Source of the DNA: an uncultured Candidatus Saccharibacteria bacterium
GTDB taxonomy: Bacteria; Patescibacteriota; Minisyncoccia; Phycocordibacterales; DATDWN01
Length of the DNA: 64,000 bases
Direction: 5' to 3'
NCBI GenBank assembly: GCA_964428435.1
Contig: CAYRYA010000004.1
Span: 8,116 to 72,115 of the forward strand
Shown: in pieces, positions 56,684 to 64,000 of the stretch
How positions within the stretch are numbered: position 1 is the stretch's first letter
Layout: each line of letters opens with the position of its first letter
Translations under genes and position numbers: made by a program
The notes under the pieces: generated by a model
Told to the model about the DNA's origin: nothing
Databases searched by the model: none
The model's input: the letters and a program-made list of their open reading frames with translations, nothing else

Positions 56684-57007
56684 ATGGAAAACGAAACAAC
56701 AAACCAATTTCAAGCTCCACAAACACCTGTTGAACAAGCTCCTGTGTCAATGACACCTGAAAAATCTTCAACAAGTGGTATCATCGGTACAATTATCATC
56801 ATCGCCCTTATCATCCTCGGTGGATTATATTTCTGGGGCAAACGTATTAGTACACAGCAAGAAACAGCATCCCTTATCAACCAGGAACAGGCTGCCGCTC
56901 AAGAAGCAGCAGCAATCCAGGCGGTAAGCACCAGTGATGAAGTAGATACATTGCAAGCAGAACTTAATGCAACGATCACCTCTGACCTTGGGGCAGAACT
57001 TGAGTAA
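56684..57007 (+). CDS. small single-pass membrane protein, hypothetical
   Basis: 107 aa; one TM (IIGTIIIIALIILGGLYFW); terminator 57020-57055. Confidence 0.45.
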   Translation: MENETTNQFQAPQTPVEQAPVSMTPEKSSTSGIIGTIIIIALIILGGLYFWGKRISTQQETASLINQEQAAAQEAAAIQAVSTSDEVDTLQAELNATITSDLGAELE

Positions 57008-57120
57008 AAGACACCAACTCGAAAATGAGCAAAAACCCTTCTTATGAAGGGTTTTTGCTTGCTTTATCTTGAAAAATTCGTATCATTCGTATATTAAAAC
57101 TAACCGTAATACTCACCAGT

Positions 57121-58191
57121 ATGGCAAAAAAAGATTATGCAAATATAACAATAACAAAACTTCCCCAACAAGAAGTTGAAATTATTGGTGAAATCACAAC
57201 AGAAAAAATGGACTCGATGCGTAAAAAAGCGATCGACTCTCTAAAGAAAGAAGTTACTCTTCCTGGATTTCGAAAAGGTACTGCACCTGAAAACCTTGTA
57301 GTACAGCAGATTGGTGAAGTAAAAATACTTGAGGAAGCAGGAGAACTTGCGCTTGGTGAGGTGTACCCGGATATTCTTGCCGATGAAAAACTAGACCCTC
57401 TCGGTAAACCCGAAGTAACAATTACTAAAATCGGTGTTGGTAGTCCACTCGGTTTTAAAATTAAAACAGCCCTTATGCCAGCTGTGACTATTGGTGATTA
57501 CAAAAAAATTGCTAAAAAAATCTACTCAACAGAGTCTGCTGTCGAAGTTACAGAAAAAGATATTGAGGATGTTATCCAAAATCTTCGTAAAAACGTTGCC
57601 CATGCAAAGATGCATGAAGAAGGAGGTCACGACGAACACGACCATTCTCATGGAGAAGTCAAAGATGAAGATTTACCTGAGGTAAACGATGAATTCCTAA
57701 AGCAAATCGGTGAGTTTGCATCTGTTGAAGACCTTAAAGAGAAAATTAAAGATAATCTTCTCAAAGAAAAAACATTTAAAGCGAAAGATAAAAAACGCAC
57801 AGAAGCACTCGAAGAAATTATAACTGCATCGACAATTGAGATACCTCAGATTTTGATTGATGGAGAACTCGACCGAATGAAAGCACAATTTGAAGATGAT
57901 TTGTCGCGTTCAGGAATTAAACTTACAGACTACCTTTCATACACAAAAAAGACAGAAGATGATTTGAAAATAGACTGGAAAGACACAGCCCTCAAACGTG
58001 CAAAATCTCAGATTATTCTCAACACTATTGCGCGAGATGAACATATCACTCCTGAAGAAACAGAAATCAAAGCTGAGATGGAAAAAATCCTTGCTCATCA
58101 CAAAGATGCTGAACGATTCCGTGTACGAATGTATGTAGAAACTTTTCTCACTAATGATTTGGTATTTAAGTTTCTTGAGGAACAAAAATAG
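57121..58191 (+). CDS. tig: trigger factor (N- and C-terminal domains; PPIase domain apparently absent)
   Basis: TF ribosome-binding signature GFRKGTAP in N-terminal domain; middle replaced by short His-rich acidic segment HEEGGHDEHDHSHGE; 356 aa versus ~430 for canonical TF. Confidence 0.75.
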   Translation: MAKKDYANITITKLPQQEVEIIGEITTEKMDSMRKKAIDSLKKEVTLPGFRKGTAPENLVVQQIGEVKILEEAGELALGEVYPDILADEKLDPLGKPEVTITKIGVGSPLGFKIKTALMPAVTIGDYKKIAKKIYSTESAVEVTEKDIEDVIQNLRKNVAHAKMHEEGGHDEHDHSHGEVKDEDLPEVNDEFLKQIGEFASVEDLKEKIKDNLLKEKTFKAKDKKRTEALEEIITASTIEIPQILIDGELDRMKAQFEDDLSRSGIKLTDYLSYTKKTEDDLKIDWKDTALKRAKSQIILNTIARDEHITPEETEIKAEMEKILAHHKDAERFRVRMYVETFLTNDLVFKFLEEQK

Positions 58192-58346
58192 TTGACGAAA
58201 AAACCATATTACCATTCGCTTTTTTTAATTGACATACACACTGTATTCATATACTCTCTACACAGACCCTTCCCTGAAGGGCATCTTGTAGAAAGGAATC
58301 AGGACGACATCGAAGAAAAAGCCGGGCCTCCTGCCCGGCTTTTGTA

Positions 58347-59072
58347 TTACATTCCTAAAACCACCGCACCCATGATTGCCGCAGTCTCTGCACGCAATAT
58401 TCTTGATCCAAGTGAAAACCCGGCAACATTGTATTGTTTAAAAAGTTTAATTTCTTCTTCACTCAATCCTCCTTCTGGCCCAATAAAGTACGCAAAAGAA
58501 TACTGTTCTACATGTGCCGCAATATACTGTTGTACTGGTGGATATTCTGGATGGAAAAATATTTTTTCTTGAGGAAGGATTCCGCTTTCAAAAAGTTTTG
58601 GAAGTGTTGTAAGCTCATGCACCTTAAGTAATTCTCCTCTTCCCGACTGCTCTGTTGCCTCTTGTACTATTTTTTGTAATCGCTCCATATTAAGCTTTTT
58701 CTTTTCACTTCGTTCTCCCAGAATAGGTACAATATGACTGACCCCAAGCTCAACTGCTTTTTGCACTACCAATTCAAAATTATCTTTTTTAATGAGCGAA
58801 AGGCAAAGCCAAATGTTTTTTGTAGGAGTGCTAATTTCTTTTGTTTCAAGTATTGAAAGCTCTGCGTCAGAAGGAGAAATTTTTGCAATTACTGCTCGAC
58901 ACTCAATCCCAGAACCATCAAATACAATCACCTGACTTCCCACATTATACCGAAACACTTTCCGCCACTGATGAATCAGGTCTCTGTTAGAAATCTGTAT
59001 ACTTTTCTCTTTTTCACCTATTTTTTCAGCAATATAAAATCGATGGAGTCTCATAAGATAATCATACAACAT
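58347..59072 (-). CDS. rsmE: 16S rRNA (uracil1498-N3)-methyltransferase RsmE family
   Basis: 241 aa; PUA-like N-terminus, IGPEGGLSEEEI and LGSRILRAETAAI motifs. Confidence 0.8.
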   Translation of the reverse strand: MLYDYLMRLHRFYIAEKIGEKEKSIQISNRDLIHQWRKVFRYNVGSQVIVFDGSGIECRAVIAKISPSDAELSILETKEISTPTKNIWLCLSLIKKDNFELVVQKAVELGVSHIVPILGERSEKKKLNMERLQKIVQEATEQSGRGELLKVHELTTLPKLFESGILPQEKIFFHPEYPPVQQYIAAHVEQYSFAYFIGPEGGLSEEEIKLFKQYNVAGFSLGSRILRAETAAIMGAVVLGM

Positions 59073-59109
59073 AAAAGCCTAGTACCAAAAGGTAACTAGG
59101 CTTCTCGAA

Positions 59110-59268
59110 CTACTTTGCCGGTGGAACTCTCAATCCGATCGGCATACCAATCCCATCAACTGGTGCAATCGATCTATACACAGCGAAACCAGAGAAAAGC
59201 ATGAACAGCGCCATCAGTATGACAATCACTGGCCATGCCGGATCCTTCTTGATGTTATTTGTATCCAT
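59110..59268 (-). CDS. very small membrane protein, hypothetical
   Basis: about 52 aa from MDTNNIKKDPAWPVIVILMALFMLFSGFAVY; single TM. Confidence 0.3.
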   Translation of the reverse strand: MDTNNIKKDPAWPVIVILMALFMLFSGFAVYRSIAPVDGIGMPIGLRVPPAK

Positions 59269-59410
59269 CGAACCTCCTTCTTTAACAAGACTAGCATATT
59301 TTTTTTCTTTTGTTATAGTTAACATATTAACAATCAAATTGTATTCATTTAATCACGAACTTTCACAATTTCTCCAAGGTTGCGTATAAAACTTAAAAAG
59401 GCTCGGAGGC

Positions 59411-59464
59411 GTACTTACCAGTACGATGAGAACCTTTTTCAAATTTTAGACGATGAGATTGGTG
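59411..59464 (+). repeat. conserved ~55-70-nt motif, copy 2, in clpP 5'-UTR
   Basis: gtacttaccagtacgatgagaacctttttcaaattttagacgatgagattggtg; about 85% identical to 25837-25890, similarity extends ~15 nt further upstream. Confidence 0.5.
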
Positions 59465-59492
59465 AAATTTGGAAGTTCCAAACAACAAAACC

Positions 59493-60068
59493 ATGTCCTA
59501 TCTAGTACCAACTGTGATTGAGAAGACCAATATGGGTGAGCGAGCATATGATATTTACTCTCGCCTTCTAAAAGACAATATCATCTTCTTAGGTGGACCA
59601 ATTGATGACACTGTCGCAAACCTCGTGATTGCCCAACTTCTCTTCCTCCAATCTGAGGATCCTAAGAAGGATATTTCTATTTACATCAACTCTCCAGGAG
59701 GGTCAGCTTCTGCAACTCTCGCTATGATTGACACGATGAATCATATTAAAAACGATGTTTCTACTGTATGTATCGGTATGGCAGCATCAGGTGGTGCATG
59801 GATGCTCTCTGCAGGAACAAAAGGTAAGCGTTTCGCTCTCCCAAACGCTGAGATTATGATCCACCAACCACTCGGAGGTGCAGAAGGGCAAGCAACTGAT
59901 ATTGAGATCAGAGCAAAACAAATCCTCAAACTCCGCGAAAACCTCACAAAAATCATGGCTAAAAACACTGGTCAGACTGTAGCGAAGGTAGCTCAAGACA
60001 TTGATCGTGACTTCTGGATGAATTCAGAAGAAGCCAAGAAATATGGAATTATAGACAAAGTACTCTAA
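59493..60068 (+). CDS. clpP: ATP-dependent Clp protease proteolytic subunit
   Basis: Catalytic Ser in GMAASGG, His in MIHQP, Asp downstream; start at [12 protein letters not shown]. Confidence 0.9.
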   Translation: MSYLVPTVIEKTNMGERAYDIYSRLLKDNIIFLGGPIDDTVANLVIAQLLFLQSEDPKKDISIYINSPGGSASATLAMIDTMNHIKNDVSTVCIGMAASGGAWMLSAGTKGKRFALPNAEIMIHQPLGGAEGQATDIEIRAKQILKLRENLTKIMAKNTGQTVAKVAQDIDRDFWMNSEEAKKYGIIDKVL

Positions 60069-60107
60069 AAGTAAGAAAAAACTGCACACTGTGCAGTTTT
60101 TTCTTAC
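60066..60107 (+). terminator. terminator after clpP
   Basis: GTAAGAAAAAACTGCACA/CTGTGCAGTTTTTTCTTAC. Confidence 0.6.
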
Positions 60108-60276
60108 CAATTCGACAAAGTTAACTAATTAATGTATCGTGTAGATATTACCCATTTAAATTGTGTAACCGACTGCTTTCCAACTCCCGCCTTGACCGAA
60201 TATCTGCACTCCCCTTGTACTGACACCATAAAAACTTTTTAGGCTTCCGTGTAAGGCAGTAGGTTACTGTACGTAT

Positions 60277-61806
60277 ATGTCATTAAAAATAGTAGCAGCC
60301 CTTTTGGCTGGAGCATCCGTCATCGGACTTGCTTTAGGTTACTACCTACGACTGATCATTTCCCTCGGAAAACGTGGCTCTATGGAGCTTGAGCTCAAAC
60401 AAATGGAGCTTGCTGCAAAGGACCGTGAGAAAGAAATCATTGAAGGAGCAGAACAGAAAGCAGAGAAGATCCTTGAAGAGGCTCGAAGTGAAATAAAAGA
60501 AAAGGAAGAAAAAGCAAAAAAAACAGAAGAACGTCTCATCAAAAAAGAAGAGATGCTTGATAAACGTCAGATCGATATTGATTCTGAGGTTGATATGATT
60601 AAGGAAAAAATCGCTGAAATCAAAGAGATCCGCGAAAAGGCGGACAAACTTAAAGAAGAACGCCAAGCAGAACTTGAGCGAGTCGGACGCCTCTCTCCAG
60701 AAGAAGCAAAGAAAGAGATACTCACCAATACCGAACGTACATACGAAGCAGATATTTTGGCGCGTATGCAAAAACTTGAACGAAACGGTGAGGAACAGCT
60801 TTTGAAAAAAGCACAAGATATTCTTGCAACATCGATTCAACGTCTTGCAAACTCAGTGACTGCAGACATGCTCACTACCAACGTACCTATCCCCTCTGAT
60901 GAAATCAAGGGTAAGATTATTGGTAAAGAAGGGCGAAATATTAAAGCATTTGAGCGAATGAGTGGTGTTGAAATTATCGTAGACGACACACCAGGCTCTA
61001 TCACCATCTCATCATTCGACCCAGTCCGCCGACAAGTGGCAAAAGTAGCTCTCGAAAAACTCATCGCTGATGGACGTATTCAGCCTGCAAAAATCGAAGA
61101 AATGATCCAAAAAGCTCAGGAAGATATCAACAAAATGATAAAGGAGAAAGGAGAAGAAGCAGTCTATGAATGTGGAATCTTAAACCTTGACCCAAAAGTA
61201 GTTGCTATCCTTGGACGTCTTCACTACCGTACAAGTTACGGACAAAATGTCCTCGCCCACTCAGTTGAAATGGCTCATATTGCGGGAATGCTTGCAGAAG
61301 AACTTGGTGCAAATGTCCAAGTAGCAAAAGCTGGTGCACTCCTCCACGACCTCGGAAAAGCCCTCGACCATGAAGTTGCTGGTACGCATGTTGAAATCGG
61401 TCGTCGTATCTTGCAAAAATTTAACGTCGATGAAGCGGTAATCAAAGCAATGCAGGCACATCACGAAGAATACCCATATGAAACGATAGAATCCATCATT
61501 GTGCAGTGTGCCGATGCTATCTCAGGAAGTCGCCCTGGTGCTCGCCGTGACTCAGTAGAAAACTACTTGAAACGACTTGCAGACCTCGAAGGTGTGGCAA
61601 CATCATTTAAAGGTGTTGAGAAAGCATATGCCTTGCAGGCTGGCCGTGAAATCAGAATTTTTGTGACTCCACAAGAAGTAACTGATCTCGAAGCAAAAAA
61701 AATGGCACGAGATATCGCAACTCGAATCGAAGGTGAGTTGAAATATCCGGGAGAAATTAAGGTGAATGTGATTCGTGAAAGTAGAACGATCGAATACGCG
61801 AGATAG
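60277..61806 (+). CDS. rny: ribonuclease Y
   Basis: N-terminal TM, coiled coil, KH domain (GKIIGKEGRNIKAFE) and HD domain (HSVEMAHIAG...LLHDLGKA). Confidence 0.9.
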   Translation: MSLKIVAALLAGASVIGLALGYYLRLIISLGKRGSMELELKQMELAAKDREKEIIEGAEQKAEKILEEARSEIKEKEEKAKKTEERLIKKEEMLDKRQIDIDSEVDMIKEKIAEIKEIREKADKLKEERQAELERVGRLSPEEAKKEILTNTERTYEADILARMQKLERNGEEQLLKKAQDILATSIQRLANSVTADMLTTNVPIPSDEIKGKIIGKEGRNIKAFERMSGVEIIVDDTPGSITISSFDPVRRQVAKVALEKLIADGRIQPAKIEEMIQKAQEDINKMIKEKGEEAVYECGILNLDPKVVAILGRLHYRTSYGQNVLAHSVEMAHIAGMLAEELGANVQVAKAGALLHDLGKALDHEVAGTHVEIGRRILQKFNVDEAVIKAMQAHHEEYPYETIESIIVQCADAISGSRPGARRDSVENYLKRLADLEGVATSFKGVEKAYALQAGREIRIFVTPQEVTDLEAKKMARDIATRIEGELKYPGEIKVNVIRESRTIEYAR

Positions 61807-61880
61807 TCGAAAGTAAATACGAATACTAATTGGATTTTGACTTGATGGACTTGTGACTTTACGGACTTTCGACTTACTCG
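61805..61880. repeat. 9-bp-periodic GACTT array between rny and hup
   Basis: agtcgaaagtaaatacgaatactaattggattttgacttgatggacttgtgactttacggactttcgacttactcg. Confidence 0.55.
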
Positions 61881-61974
61881 TCAACCCCTTGCGCTCGAAA
61901 AGCCTTGGTATATAATAACTCTATAGTAGATAGGGTGAATCTTGAAAGATTACAAATTTAGTTTTACAACATCC

Positions 61975-62247
61975 ATGAATAAAGCATCATTGGTAGACGC
62001 AGTATATGCAGAGCTCGGTGGTACAAAAGTACAGGCTGAGAAAGTAGTTGATATTATCATTGATAATATCGTAGCTACTTTGAAAAAAGGTGGTGAGGTC
62101 TCTGTAGCAGGTCTTGGTATCTTTTCTACAAAAACTCGAGCAGCACGACAGGCTCGAAACCCACGAACTGGTGAATCAATCTCAGTTCCTGCGATGAAAG
62201 TACCTAAATTTAGAGCAGCTAAGGCACTTAAGGATGCAGTGAAGTAA
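61975..62247 (+). CDS. hup: DNA-binding protein HU/IHF family
   Basis: MNKASLVDAVYAELGG...GLGIFSTKTRAARQARNPRTGESISVPAMKVPKFRAAKALKDAV; start at MNKASL. Confidence 0.85.
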   Translation: MNKASLVDAVYAELGGTKVQAEKVVDIIIDNIVATLKKGGEVSVAGLGIFSTKTRAARQARNPRTGESISVPAMKVPKFRAAKALKDAVK

Positions 62248-62264
62248 TTATATTCTCTAGAGGA

Positions 62265-62295
62265 TAGCAAAAAAGCACCATTTCTGGTGCTTTTT
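62265..62295 (+). terminator. terminator after hup
   Basis: AAAAAAGCACCA-TTTC-TGGTGCTTTTTTGC; a second hairpin GCCCGACC-ATGC-GGTCGGGC (62303-62330) serves the convergent gene. Confidence 0.65.
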
Positions 62296-62356
62296 TGCTT
62301 ACAAAAGCCCGACCATGCGGTCGGGCTTGCATATCACTCGGATATGCTCGATTTAA

Positions 62357-63961
62357 TTACAACAAAGTTTCGGTAAAAGCGACAAGTTCTTCCCAGGTTT
62401 GGAAGTTTGCTTCTCGCTTCAATTCTGTTCTGACCAAATATCGCATTTGCGCGATCCGGTCATCAAGGTATGGGATATCTGGCTCGATAGGCAATTCTTT
62501 CGCCATATCTTCCAACTCCTCCCACGTATAGCGGCTGCGATTGATCCACCATGGAATGGTAGATGTAACGTTGTACGCCCAGTGCCGTCGACACGCCTGC
62601 TCCACAATGTCGCGCATTGCATCTACTTTTGTATTTGAATGCGTAGTACTGCGGTAGCGGAATGACCGATTTGTCTGAAATGGTTTGGTATCGGGATACA
62701 ACTCCACCTGGTCCGCAAGCAGGTTCTTCTCCACTTCAGGTGCAAAGCGAGCTGGCCGCCAACGAGCCGACTTGACGGTCAAGATGTTACGACCATACTT
62801 CTTAAGAAAGCTTACCCATTTCAAACCTTCAGATAAAGATTCACTCGGTAAGCCAATCATGATAAAAACGTGCGTATGAATGCCAGCATCTCGGAAATTT
62901 TTCAAAATCCGATCATAGCTCGATGGTGTGTTCCACTGCTTATGGATTTTGAGCAACGTATCTTTCGAAAGCGTCTCAAGTCCAAACTGCACCGCACGAC
63001 ACCCCGCTTCGTAGAGATCATGAGCTACTTGCGGGTTCAGGAGATTATCGGTGACCGTCAAATAGCATTGCCAGACGGCTTCATATCCAACACTACGGAG
63101 TTCTCGCCCCAACTCGAGTTGTCTCTGAATTGAAAAGAGCTCGTCTGCAATATCAAACTTATGAGCACCAGTCGATTGCATATGTTCTGCAATACGCCGA
63201 GGTGTCATTGAGCGAGGCTTGAGCTTCTGTACAGTATCGAGTCGTCCAGGAGCAAATGTATCTGACTGGACGGCAATAGCACAAAAGTCACATGCAAGTG
63301 GACAGTGAGACTGAGTGTAGAGCGTAGGTACCATTTCCGGCGCCCACTGTGTTGCTCCACCATCAAGAGCAGGTGTTGGAAGTGAATAGAAATCGGTTGG
63401 ACTTTTAGTTCGAGGATTTTTCACAACTTCAACACCTTTTCTCCAAATCATTCCCGATGTTGTACTCACATCCAAAGTTTCCGCAATCTCCTCCAAAGGC
63501 TGAAAACCTTCGGCATAAACTACCCCATCGAGATGTTTGAAGAGCTCGATGAATTCAGGATAAAGAGTCGGATCTGGCATTCTTCCAAAGAAGTTGCCGC
63601 CAACAATAACAACGCAGTCCGGGAGTGTATCTTTAACCATGGAGGCCAAGACGAGTCCGGGGAAAAGTTGTCGCTCATCACCAATCGATATACCGTAAAC
63701 ACGCGGATCAAAGACTTGTGCCACCGGAATCTCCACTTCAGCAAAGTATTGATACCAAAGGTGGTTTTCACGATTTTCAATCGCTTTCAAAACACCACTA
63801 ATGGAACCATCATGATACTGCGATTGGTAGATGACATTGTTACGCTCGAAGCGAAACTTGTCAGGGGTATTAATCTCTGTGGAAATTCGCTCGAGAGAAT
63901 AGCGTGCTTGATAATAACCATAAGCATTACCTTGCGCTACTCTCACAGCAGAAATTGCCAT
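62357..63961 (-). CDS. B12-binding-domain radical SAM protein (may extend past window end)
   Basis: CPLACDFCA (CxxxCxxC) about 215 aa into the ORF preceded by Rossmann-like region (CVVIVGG); frame remains open upstream of Met 63961 to the window edge; GC content visibly higher than surrounding genes. Confidence 0.65.
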   Translation of the reverse strand: MAISAVRVAQGNAYGYYQARYSLERISTEINTPDKFRFERNNVIYQSQYHDGSISGVLKAIENRENHLWYQYFAEVEIPVAQVFDPRVYGISIGDERQLFPGLVLASMVKDTLPDCVVIVGGNFFGRMPDPTLYPEFIELFKHLDGVVYAEGFQPLEEIAETLDVSTTSGMIWRKGVEVVKNPRTKSPTDFYSLPTPALDGGATQWAPEMVPTLYTQSHCPLACDFCAIAVQSDTFAPGRLDTVQKLKPRSMTPRRIAEHMQSTGAHKFDIADELFSIQRQLELGRELRSVGYEAVWQCYLTVTDNLLNPQVAHDLYEAGCRAVQFGLETLSKDTLLKIHKQWNTPSSYDRILKNFRDAGIHTHVFIMIGLPSESLSEGLKWVSFLKKYGRNILTVKSARWRPARFAPEVEKNLLADQVELYPDTKPFQTNRSFRYRSTTHSNTKVDAMRDIVEQACRRHWAYNVTSTIPWWINRSRYTWEELEDMAKELPIEPDIPYLDDRIAQMRYLVRTELKREANFQTWEELVAFTETLL

Positions 63962-64000
63962 TTGAGCTACTAGACCACCGTGTTGCTTAAGCAGATACTC

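Noticed and set aside
60342-61064. Minus-strand ORFs inside rny
   Set aside because: Antisense to a high-confidence gene; low-complexity.
1-64000. Search for rRNA genes, CRISPR arrays, transposases or integrases, canonical tRNAs
   Set aside because: No 16S/23S signature sequences, no regularly spaced direct repeats with unique spacers, no DDE or tyrosine-recombinase ORFs. No cloverleaf tRNA found by eye apart from the tRNA-like domain of the tmRNA. A tRNA scan should still be run because tRNAs are easy to miss by eye.

Overview
This 64 kb window is AT-rich and gene-dense, and looks like a reduced (CPR/Patescibacteria-like) bacterial genome. The evidence for that placement is that no L30 gene lies between rpsE and rplO, ComEC is split into two genes, and a type IV pilus cluster is present. 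The centre (about 12.2-35.0 kb, minus strand) holds the str/S10/spc ribosomal-protein superoperon: rpsL-rpsG-fusA ... tuf-rpsJ-rplC-rplD-rplW-rplB ... rpsS-rplV-rpsC-rplP-rpmC-rpsQ-rplN-rplX-rplE-rpsZ-rpsH-rplF-rplR-rpsE-rplO-secY-adk-map, then ndk. The operon is unusually fragmented. Hairpin terminators and promoters sit between many of the genes. Four extra genes lie at conserved junctions: a ~1112-aa protein plus a 95-aa acidic protein between fusA and tuf, and three small proteins (two Cys-rich) at the tuf|rpsJ, rpsJ|rplC and rplB|rpsS junctions. Nearly every junction also carries one of three intergenic repeat families: ATTCGTA/TACGAAT long palindromes, GATTAATGA...TTAATC elements just upstream of start codons, and 9-bp-periodic GACTT/AAGTC arrays. 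Upstream (0-12 kb) lie ftsH, smpB with a probable tmRNA next to it, a ~410-nt ORF-free structured region, a ParD/RelE-like toxin-antitoxin pair, an APH-like phosphotransferase with two membrane proteins, infC-rpmI-rplT, an RNase J-like MBL hydrolase and a VanZ-like membrane protein. Downstream (35-64 kb) lie a site-2 protease, rpmB, split ComEC (lactamase domain and channel) flanking a superoxide dismutase, RNase HI with a C-terminal hybrid-binding domain, recJ, ASCH and HIT proteins, a four-helix-bundle protein framed by 9-mer arrays, pgk-tpiA, a type IV pilus cluster, nusA, ppa, trigger factor without a PPIase domain, rsmE, clpP, rny, hup and a GC-rich B12/radical-SAM gene at the window edge. 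No rRNA, CRISPR array, transposase or canonical tRNA was found.
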